From an uncultured Alphaproteobacteria bacterium (lineage in GTDB: Bacteria > Pseudomonadota > Alphaproteobacteria > Rs-D84), in contig CALXXV010000011.1 in NCBI GenBank assembly GCA_944392775.1, forward strand, positions 8,315-72,314: a DNA stretch of 64,000 nt. The letters run 5' to 3'. This document shows, one piece after another, positions 9,255 to 16,860 of this stretch. Below the pieces are notes generated by a model. The model was given only the letters and a program-made list of their open reading frames with translations. It was not told where the DNA came from and did not search any database. The translations under genes were made by a program, and so were the position numbers. The number at the start of each line of letters is the position of its first letter. Position 1 is the first letter of the stretch.

Positions 9255-10412
9255 ATGAAAGGGATTTTAAGATTATTTTTTATAACATATATGTTCACAT
9301 TACCGGCCTTTGGGGCGCAGTATAAGGCGGTATTGGTTGCGGATATGGATACAGGTCGTGTTTTATATCAAGAAAATTCTAATGTACAAAATTATCCGGC
9401 TAGTTTAACAAAAATTATGACCTTGTATTTAACTTTTGATGCTTTGGAGCATGGACGTTTACATTTAGATGATTATTTAATCGTTTCTCAATCTGCAGCA
9501 GCTGCTTCTCCGGTAAAACTTGGTTTGGTGGCGGGTAGTAAGATAAAGGTTGAAGATGCAATCAAAGCGCTTACTGTTTTAAGCGCTAATGATGTTGCAC
9601 GAGTTTTGGCTGAAAATTTAAAAGGTGGTAAAGAGGGAAATTTCGCAGATTTGATGACACGTGTTGCAAGTGAAATAGGTTTGTCTGGTACGCATTTTGA
9701 AAATTCTTCTGGTCTTCCTAATGATGATCAATTGTCTACTGCGCGTGATATTGCGCTGTTGTCCATGGCTATATATAAGCATTTTCCACAATATTGGAAA
9801 TATTTTAGTATAAAAACATGGACTTATAATGGAAAAACTTATACGAATGGCAATCGTTTGTTGGGTACATATCCTGGGTGTGACGGCATGAAAACTGGGT
9901 ATACGAATAAATCTAAATATTCCTTGGTTGCAACGGCAGAACAGAATGGACATCATTTAATATCTGTCGTTTTAGGCGCAGAAAATAAAGATATTCGTGC
10001 AAACGTTTCTGTTCAAATGTTGAACAAAGGTTTTGAAATGGTAAACGGTCATGCTGAAACCGTTTATAGTAGTTATTATGTACCAGTTGAAAAAAATAAT
10101 TCAAATGTCGCCCCAACTTTTAGTGCGGCATATGTTGCTGCAACAAGTGGTACAAATAGAAACGGTAATAGTGTTTCTGTAACTAATTCTGCTTCTGGTA
10201 AGGCCGGCGTGCAATTTGGGGCTTTTTCTTCAAGATCATCAGCACAGGCACAGGTAAATAATGTAAAAAATACTTTGGGTATAAATACAGTGATAGAAAC
10301 GGCTCCTAATGGTATGTTCAGAGTAAGAGCAAACGGTTTGTCAGAAAGTTATGCCCAAAGTATAAAACAAAAAGCACAAAATTCTGGTATTGATAGTTAT
10401 GTGTTTCACTAG
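9255..10412 (+). CDS. D-alanyl-D-alanine carboxypeptidase (PBP5/6, S11) with C-terminal SPOR domain
   Basis: Signal peptide. Motifs SLTK (SxxK), SAN (SxN) and KTG. The C-terminal segment GVQFGAFSSRSSAQAQ...FRVRANGLSESYAQSIKQK is SPOR-like. Confidence 0.9.
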   Translation: MKGILRLFFITYMFTLPAFGAQYKAVLVADMDTGRVLYQENSNVQNYPASLTKIMTLYLTFDALEHGRLHLDDYLIVSQSAAAASPVKLGLVAGSKIKVEDAIKALTVLSANDVARVLAENLKGGKEGNFADLMTRVASEIGLSGTHFENSSGLPNDDQLSTARDIALLSMAIYKHFPQYWKYFSIKTWTYNGKTYTNGNRLLGTYPGCDGMKTGYTNKSKYSLVATAEQNGHHLISVVLGAENKDIRANVSVQMLNKGFEMVNGHAETVYSSYYVPVEKNNSNVAPTFSAAYVAATSGTNRNGNSVSVTNSASGKAGVQFGAFSSRSSAQAQVNNVKNTLGINTVIETAPNGMFRVRANGLSESYAQSIKQKAQNSGIDSYVFH

Positions 10413-10421
10413 GTAAAAAAA

Positions 10422-11021
10422 ATGAACGTAAAAATAGAAAAGCTTATAAAACAGTTCGCAAAGTTGCCACGTCTTGGTTCAAGGGCTGGTCAAAGAATTG
10501 TATTGGCATTACTGCAAGATAAAACTGGGCGTGCAATGAATTTAGCGAATGCTTTGATAGATGCGACTGCTTCTATTGAACCGTGTCCTATATGTGGTGT
10601 TTTAACCGATAAAGAAATGGGTGTGTGTGAATTTTGTAGAGATGGTGCTAGGGCAAATGGTCAGCTTTGCATTGTTCGTGATTTGTCTGATGTTTGGACT
10701 TTAGAAAAATCTGCCGTTTTTCACGGGAAATATCATATCTTAGGCGGACTTTTATCTGGGGTTGCAGGTATGACCCCAGAGGATTTAAATATCTCTAATT
10801 TGTCTGAACGGGTAAAGAACGAAAACATTTCCGAGATAATTTTTGCTTTGCCAAATACTGTCGAAGGCAAAACTACTCAACATTATGTAATGTCCATTAT
10901 TGGTAATAATAGTAATGTCTGTTTTTCAGAACTTGCGTCTGGTGTTCCATTAGGCGGAGATTTAGATTATCTGGATGATGGTACTTTAACGTTGGCTTTT
11001 GGGGGACGAAAAAAATTATGA
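10422..11021 (+). CDS. recR: Recombination protein RecR
   Basis: C4 zinc finger (CPICG...CEFC) and a Toprim segment (LCIVRDLSDVWTLE). Confidence 0.95.
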   Translation: MNVKIEKLIKQFAKLPRLGSRAGQRIVLALLQDKTGRAMNLANALIDATASIEPCPICGVLTDKEMGVCEFCRDGARANGQLCIVRDLSDVWTLEKSAVFHGKYHILGGLLSGVAGMTPEDLNISNLSERVKNENISEIIFALPNTVEGKTTQHYVMSIIGNNSNVCFSELASGVPLGGDLDYLDDGTLTLAFGGRKKL

Positions 11022-11845
11022 TCATTGATGATTTAAATACTTTACCGCCTGTTTCTACAATGATGCGTGATGCAGGGCTAGAGCCTAAAAAGCAATTCGG
11101 ACAGAATTTTTTATTTGATTTAAATTTAACGGGTCGTATTGCAAAAAGTGTGCCTGATATAGAAAATATAACTGTTGTTGAAGTAGGCCCAGGACCGGGT
11201 GGCTTAACGCGTGCCTTATTATTGGCAGGCGCAAAACAAGTAATAGCTATAGAAAAAGATAAAACGACTGAACCCATTTTGGCTCAGATATCAGATAAGG
11301 CTTCTGGACGTTTAAAAGTTATTTATGATGATGCATTAAAAGTAGATTTTTCTAAGTTAGGTATAAAAGAATATGCTATTTGTTCAAATTTGCCTTATAA
11401 TGTAGGAACAGAATTATATGTAAATTGGTTATTACGTGTAGCAAGGGGAGAACCAATAAAATCTATGACTCTTATGTTTCAACGTGAAGTAGCATTGCGT
11501 ATAATTGCTAGGGCACGAGACAAACAATATGGTCGCCTTTCTGTTTTAACGTCTTTACTTTCAGACGCAAAAATATTATTTGATGTTTCTAATACCGCTT
11601 TCGTTCCGCGACCGAAAGTTCAAAGTTCTGTTGTTCAAATTATGCCTAATTTGAAAAAGATTGATCGAATTGATGATGTTGATGCAATTGGAACGCTGAC
11701 TGCTAGGTTGTTCAGTCAAAGACGAAAGATGATTCGTGGTATAATTCCGGGGGTTGATTGGCAGCAGTTTGGATTGACCGGGACAGAAAGGGCGGAAGAA
11801 ATCAGTCCTGAAACTTTTGCAAATATGGCTAAATTTTTGGTATAA
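11018..11845 (+). CDS. rsmA: 16S rRNA (adenine1518/1519-N6)-dimethyltransferase
   Basis: Motifs QNFLFD, VVEVGPGPGGLT and SNLPYNVGT. ATGA overlap with recR. Confidence 0.95.
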   Translation: MIIDDLNTLPPVSTMMRDAGLEPKKQFGQNFLFDLNLTGRIAKSVPDIENITVVEVGPGPGGLTRALLLAGAKQVIAIEKDKTTEPILAQISDKASGRLKVIYDDALKVDFSKLGIKEYAICSNLPYNVGTELYVNWLLRVARGEPIKSMTLMFQREVALRIIARARDKQYGRLSVLTSLLSDAKILFDVSNTAFVPRPKVQSSVVQIMPNLKKIDRIDDVDAIGTLTARLFSQRRKMIRGIIPGVDWQQFGLTGTERAEEISPETFANMAKFLV

Positions 11846-11870
11846 TATTCTATAAAGAGAGAAAATAACT

Positions 11871-13574
11871 ATGTCTTTATCGATTTTAATATTTTTTGCC
11901 ATAGTTTTTATTTTTGTTTGTGTGTTACGTTTGGCAAAAATAGGTGCTTTATGTGCTTTTTTATTGGCAGGGGTTATTTCAGGACCATACGTATTAAATT
12001 TATTCGAGTTAACAGATACATGGACATTTTTGGGTGAACTGGGAATTTTGTTTTTGTGGTTTAATCTTGGTTTAGAAATAAACATGAAACGACTTTGGGA
12101 AATGCGGCGTACAATATTTGGTTTTGGGGCGGCACAAGTATTGATGGTTGCAATAATGCTTTTCCCTATTTTGTTTGGGGTTACAAGTTGGTCTATATTA
12201 GGCTGTATAATGGTTTCCTTGTTGCTTGCTATGTCAAGTACCTCAGAAGATGTACAAATTTTAACTGATAAAAATTTATTAAATACAAATATGGGGCAGC
12301 AAACCTTTTCTATTTTATTATTTCAAGATTTATTATCTATTCCGCTTCTTGCGATGTTACCTGTTTTTGCGGGGAAAAGTTTTAATCTTGGTGCAACGGC
12401 TATAGATATATTTGTCTTGTCTGCTGCATTAATTGTTGGGGTGGTAATTGTCGGACGATTCATTATAAATCCGTTGATGAAAGCTGTTTCTAAATTAAAA
12501 TCAAAAGAAGCGTTTTTATTAGCAATAATGATAAACATAATTGCATGGGCGCTGGTTATGGATTTTATAGGATTACCCGTCGGGTTGGGGGCTTTTTTGG
12601 CCGGTATGTTATTATCAGAAACAATATATCGGCATCAAATTAGTGCAGAAATAACCCCTTATGCAATGTTATTTTTAGCGTTCTTCTTCATATCATTGGG
12701 TATGGAATTGAATTTACCGTTTTTATCGGATAATTGGTATATAGTATTAGGTGGCGTTGTAGCTTTAATAGCAATAAAATTTGCGGCTATATTCATGGTC
12801 GCAAGAGTTCGCCATGTTCCTTCGTCAGAGGCCGCTTCAATTGCATTGATTTTAGCGCAAGGGGGTGAATTTGGTTTGTTAATGTTGCAGACAATGAAAA
12901 CATCGGGTATAGATGCATTGCCACAATCACATCAAGAAATTTTAACTGCGATAATAATATTATCTATAATGGTAACGCCGATTTTATTTGCTGTGTATGA
13001 TAAATTACGTAGATCAGGTAAATTGTTTTCTAAAACACCTTTAAATCAGCCAATTGAACAAAAAAATAAAGAAAAACCTGCTGTTGTAATATGTGGTTTT
13101 GGACGCGTGGGGCGGATCGTTGCAAAAATGTTAGAAGCGCAAAATATATCATATATTGCAATAGATTTAGACGTAGATGTCGTTATGTTAGGAAGAGAAT
13201 ATGGTTTTAATGTTGTTTATGGGGATACACGTAATGAAGGGGTGTTGCGAGATTTAGGTTTGCGACCTCGTTATACAAAGGCAGTTGTTGTTGCATTGGA
13301 TGGTGCGACGAATGCACGTGAAACGGTTTTGACGATTAAAAATATTGCACCACGTGTAAAGATTTTTGCAAGGGCGCGAAATTTAGCAGATTCAAAAATC
13401 TTGTTAAAAGAAGGGGTTTTTGAAGCGCAACCAGAAACCATAGAGTCTTCCTTATTCTTAGCATATGGGGTATTAACTCATTTAGGTTTTTCTGATAAGA
13501 AAATAGACGACTTATTTGATCAAATGCGTGCAGATAATTATGCTATGATTGACAGTAATTTATCTGCAGAATAA
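11871..13574 (+). CDS. Kef-type (CPA2) K+/H+ antiporter with C-terminal TrkA-N/RCK domain
   Basis: Polytopic N-terminal region, AQGGEFGLL motif and Rossmann motif VVICGFGRVGR. Confidence 0.85.
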   Translation: MSLSILIFFAIVFIFVCVLRLAKIGALCAFLLAGVISGPYVLNLFELTDTWTFLGELGILFLWFNLGLEINMKRLWEMRRTIFGFGAAQVLMVAIMLFPILFGVTSWSILGCIMVSLLLAMSSTSEDVQILTDKNLLNTNMGQQTFSILLFQDLLSIPLLAMLPVFAGKSFNLGATAIDIFVLSAALIVGVVIVGRFIINPLMKAVSKLKSKEAFLLAIMINIIAWALVMDFIGLPVGLGAFLAGMLLSETIYRHQISAEITPYAMLFLAFFFISLGMELNLPFLSDNWYIVLGGVVALIAIKFAAIFMVARVRHVPSSEAASIALILAQGGEFGLLMLQTMKTSGIDALPQSHQEILTAIIILSIMVTPILFAVYDKLRRSGKLFSKTPLNQPIEQKNKEKPAVVICGFGRVGRIVAKMLEAQNISYIAIDLDVDVVMLGREYGFNVVYGDTRNEGVLRDLGLRPRYTKAVVVALDGATNARETVLTIKNIAPRVKIFARARNLADSKILLKEGVFEAQPETIESSLFLAYGVLTHLGFSDKKIDDLFDQMRADNYAMIDSNLSAE

Positions 13575-13600
13575 TCTGTTATAAAATATTTTGATAAAAA

Positions 13601-13626
13601 GTCCCCAAAAGAACGGGGACTTTTAT
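13601..13626 (+). terminator. Rho-independent terminator
   Basis: GTCCCC-AAAAGAAC-GGGGAC hairpin followed by TTTT. Confidence 0.7.
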
Positions 13627-13679
13627 ATTTGATTTTATATGATTGTATTGTTATATTTCGAGAAATGAGAGGATAATAT

Positions 13680-14210
13680 ATGAAAAATAAAATACTAAAA
13701 TATTTGTTCATAATAATAGGAATTGTATTATTAGATCAAATTTCAAAGGGGGTATTGTTATATCTTATAACTGGTGGTTTGCCAGTAGTAGGATCTGCGT
13801 GGGAAATTGTCCCTTTCCCTTATTTGATGACCCAAGTCTGCAATTTCTTTAATATAGTTTTTACGTGGAATCCAGGTGCTTCATTTTCAATGCTACGCGC
13901 TGTCGGAGAAGCTGCGCCTATTATAATAATTGTAGTAACAGGATTTATAATAGGTTTTATAGGATATTATTTATTTAAAAAGGCTCGTTATTATGAACGA
14001 TTACCTTTGGCTTTGATCGTTGGTGGGGCTTTAGGAAATTTAATTGATAGGATTCGTTTTGGTGCTGTTATAGATTTCTTGGATTTTCATATTGGTGGCT
14101 GGCATTGGCCTGCGTTTAATGTTGCGGATATTTGTATCGTTGTGGGTGTCGGATTATTTGTCTTGAATTGGTATATTGCAAGACGTCGTTGTTTAGAAAA
14201 TGTCAAATAA
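13680..14210 (+). CDS. lspA: Lipoprotein signal peptidase II
   Basis: Motifs WNPGASFS, GGALGNLIDR and FNVADICI. Confidence 0.9.
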   Translation: MKNKILKYLFIIIGIVLLDQISKGVLLYLITGGLPVVGSAWEIVPFPYLMTQVCNFFNIVFTWNPGASFSMLRAVGEAAPIIIIVVTGFIIGFIGYYLFKKARYYERLPLALIVGGALGNLIDRIRFGAVIDFLDFHIGGWHWPAFNVADICIVVGVGLFVLNWYIARRRCLENVK

Positions 14211-14237
14211 AAGATAAATAAAAGGTGGTAAATAATC

Positions 14238-15827
14238 ATGGTAAAATATTTAGAAAATAATTACGGCTTTAAACAATGGAACGCCAATAAAGATGCTGCA
14301 AAAAGCTCGAAAAAATCTAAATTAGGTGGCTTTTTATGGTGGTTTATTTTATTCTTGGCGTCTTGGTGGTTAATCGGTTTATGGATGACGCCAAAAAATA
14401 TTGAAACGAAAGTTACAGAAGAAAAAATCGTCTTAGAAGATTTATCTAATGTACCCGTTTCTGAAATTTTTTCAGAAGATATTATCGCTAATGTTCAAGG
14501 ATTGCGTATTTATGATGTTAAATTATTAAAGTTTTCAAAAAATGGTGCAGATACCGACAATACTATTCATGTTTCTTTACTAAATAGTGATGGGGCGTTT
14601 GCAGAGGTTGGTTTTTTATCACCTACTACGACAGTCCCCGTTGCAACAACTGTATGGAAAAAAGATGGTGATTCTTTTACATGGAAAAATTCAAATGGAA
14701 TAGAATTCCGTAGAAATATAACTGTAGATGGTTATGTAATATCTGTTGCGGATACAATAAAAAATTCATCTGATACTGATATATTTATTGCACCATATGC
14801 AAGATTGATAAGGGCAAATGATATGCCTTCTTCTGCCGGTGTTTATACAGGTGCAATAGCTTTTGTAAATTCAGATATAGAACGTGAGAGTTGGCAAAAT
14901 TTGGAAAGAAAATCTTTTGCTTATTCCACAGCAAGCGGTTTTATAGGGTTTGCTGATCAATATTGGGAAACGATAATATCTGTTGATAACCCCGATCAAA
15001 CATTAAAAGTAAAAAAGGTAGGCGGTTTATATGAAGCAGATATTGCAAGTAATTCAGTATCAATAAAAGCCGGGGAAACAAAAACTATAAATACGAATTT
15101 ATTTGTTGGTCCACGTGAACAAAATGTTTTAAATGCAGCAGAACAGAAAATTGCGGGCATAGATGAAACTATTGACTACGGTTGGTTTTGGTTTTTAGCG
15201 CGTCCTATGTTATGGGCATTGAATGGGCTTAATTCAATAGTTATGAACTATGGCGTTGCTATAATAATTTTAACTATATTGTTGCGTCTTGTTATATGGC
15301 CACTTACAAGAAAGTCATATACATCAATGATTGCGATGCAAAAAATGCAACCAGAAATGGCACGTATACAAAAATTATATGCAAATGATAAGGCGCGTAT
15401 GCAAATGGAGCTGATGCGTTTATATCAGACACATAAAACATCTCCTATGTCAGGTTGTTTACCGATGCTTATACAAATACCCATATTTTTTGCATTGTAT
15501 AAAGCCTTGTTAATATCTGTTCAAATGCGTAGTGCACATTTCTTATGGATATCTGATTTGGCTGCGATGGATCCGTACTTTATATTGCCTATATTGATGG
15601 GGTTAACAATGTGGTTGCAACAATATTTACAGACAGCATCAACTGCAAAGAAAGAAGAGAATAAAAACGATCCTGTTGCGCAGACTCAGAAAGTAATGAA
15701 GTGGATGCCATTGATATTTACTGTAATGTTTGCATGGATGCCCGCAGGTTTAGTTTTATATTGGACAGTATCAAATATATTTGGTATTGGTCAGATGTTT
15801 TACATAAAGAAATTTGTAAATAAATAA
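14238..15827 (+). CDS. yidC: Membrane protein insertase YidC
   Basis: Large periplasmic domain, then the conserved 60-kDa insertase core (ILTILLRLVIWPLT, MQKMQPEM, GCLPMLIQIPIFFALY). Confidence 0.95.
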   Translation: MVKYLENNYGFKQWNANKDAAKSSKKSKLGGFLWWFILFLASWWLIGLWMTPKNIETKVTEEKIVLEDLSNVPVSEIFSEDIIANVQGLRIYDVKLLKFSKNGADTDNTIHVSLLNSDGAFAEVGFLSPTTTVPVATTVWKKDGDSFTWKNSNGIEFRRNITVDGYVISVADTIKNSSDTDIFIAPYARLIRANDMPSSAGVYTGAIAFVNSDIERESWQNLERKSFAYSTASGFIGFADQYWETIISVDNPDQTLKVKKVGGLYEADIASNSVSIKAGETKTINTNLFVGPREQNVLNAAEQKIAGIDETIDYGWFWFLARPMLWALNGLNSIVMNYGVAIIILTILLRLVIWPLTRKSYTSMIAMQKMQPEMARIQKLYANDKARMQMELMRLYQTHKTSPMSGCLPMLIQIPIFFALYKALLISVQMRSAHFLWISDLAAMDPYFILPILMGLTMWLQQYLQTASTAKKEENKNDPVAQTQKVMKWMPLIFTVMFAWMPAGLVLYWTVSNIFGIGQMFYIKKFVNK

Positions 15828-15831
15828 AAAT

Positions 15832-15860
15832 AAACGCCCATTTAAGGGCGTTTTAATTTT
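15832..15860. terminator. Bidirectional terminator shared by yidC and the convergent 111-aa gene
   Basis: AAACGCCC-ATTTA-AGGGCGTTT hairpin flanked by A- and T-runs. Confidence 0.65.
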
Positions 15861-16177
15861 TTATATAGGCTATATGGGGTTTGAATAAATGGGGCTTTCA
15901 TACCGATAAATTTTTTTGTAAAATTAACGCATGTTTTAGCTTTTTTCATTTTATTTGGTCTATCAGCTTTTAACGTGATAAAATCCCAGCCGGCATTAAG
16001 AAGTAATTTTAAACCTAATTTATTTAGTTCTATTTTGACTATTTTATTAGAGTTTACGAATTGTAAAAGTATATATTTTTTATGTGTATATATTATAGGT
16101 GCACAGTGTTTGTATTTTCTGCAAAATATTTTAGGTAAAATTTTAGATGTTTTTTTTGAGAACGCTATTATTAGCAT
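15842..16177 (-). CDS. Hypothetical 111-aa basic protein; possible minimal permuted papain-fold (YiiX/C92-like) enzyme
   Basis: AGAGGA Shine-Dalgarno sequence. N-terminal IIAFSKKTSK...KYKHCAPIIY resembles the His box of E. coli YiiX (as recalled from memory), and C-terminal KTCVNFTKKFIG resembles its Cys box. This is inference only. Confidence 0.4.
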   Translation of the reverse strand: MLIIAFSKKTSKILPKIFCRKYKHCAPIIYTHKKYILLQFVNSNKIVKIELNKLGLKLLLNAGWDFITLKADRPNKMKKAKTCVNFTKKFIGMKAPFIQTPYSLYKKLKRP

Positions 16178-16197
16178 CAGATTCCTCTTTTATTTTT

Positions 16198-16219
16198 CCG
16201 CACGCGTTTCGGCGTGCGG
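16198..16219. other. GC-rich intercistronic hairpin between the two small minus-strand genes
   Basis: CCGCACGC-GTTTCG-GCGTGCGG, an 8-bp perfect GC-rich stem in an AT-rich context. No U-tract follows on the transcribed (minus) strand. Confidence 0.45.
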
Positions 16220-16225
16220 TTAAAA

Positions 16226-16576
16226 TCATTTTTCTATCCAACCACGATGTAAAGCTGCTGTTTCTAAAATTTGCATTGCATGTTTCCATAAATCAGCGTC
16301 GTGATTTTCTGCCCAGATATATTGATGAGGGGCCCGACGACGATCTCCAAATTTTTTCATAACGTAAAGTTGTTCTTCTGTTAATTTACCAGATAAATAT
16401 AGTTTAGTAATTAATGTTTCTACATCCAGTAACTCACATGGGCGTTTTGTACAGCTGTTATGTTTTTGTATAAAACCGTTCTGTACAGACTTTGAATATA
16501 AGAACCAGAACCACAATTGTTCTGCATTTTGAAATCTCTCGGTTGTATATACTGGTTGTGTATTTTGGCGTTTCAT
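16226..16576 (-). CDS. Hypothetical 116-aa Trp-rich protein, unknown function
   Basis: Strong AAGGAGGAAG Shine-Dalgarno sequence ahead of the ATG. I recognise no family. The segment KLYLSGKLTEEQLYVMKKFG is vaguely helix-turn-helix-like. Confidence 0.5.
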   Translation of the reverse strand: MKRQNTQPVYTTERFQNAEQLWFWFLYSKSVQNGFIQKHNSCTKRPCELLDVETLITKLYLSGKLTEEQLYVMKKFGDRRRAPHQYIWAENHDADLWKHAMQILETAALHRGWIEK

Positions 16577-16745
16577 TTATCTTCCTCCTTTTTGTTTTGT
16601 TACATGAAACGATATATAGAACATGAATAGAAAACTGTAAAAGGTTACAACTAAGGGTTGAACGTCGAATCGGATTTCTGATTCGTTAAAGCGTTTTTGT
16701 TGTTTTAATTCGAATCGTACGTTTTTGTGTTTTTATAGAAAAAGA

Positions 16746-16772
16746 AAAACGCGCAAAACTTGCGCGTATTTA
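16746..16772. terminator. Second terminator-like hairpin in the virB10-distal intergenic region
   Basis: ACGCGCAA-AACT-TGCGCGT with T-rich sequence on the minus-strand side (TTTTTCTTTTTC) and AT-rich sequence on the plus side. Confidence 0.45.
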
Positions 16773-16830
16773 ATTATTTCTTATTTTATTTATATTATAT
16801 CAAAAACTCCTATTGTTTTCAATTATATAT

Positions 16831-16860
16831 TAAAAAAAACCTGCTTTTAATAGCAGGTTT
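16831..16860 (-). terminator. Rho-independent terminator of the virB8-10 operon
   Basis: On the minus strand, AACCTGC-TATTAAAA-GCAGGTT followed by T8. It overlaps the virB10 stop codon. Confidence 0.7.
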
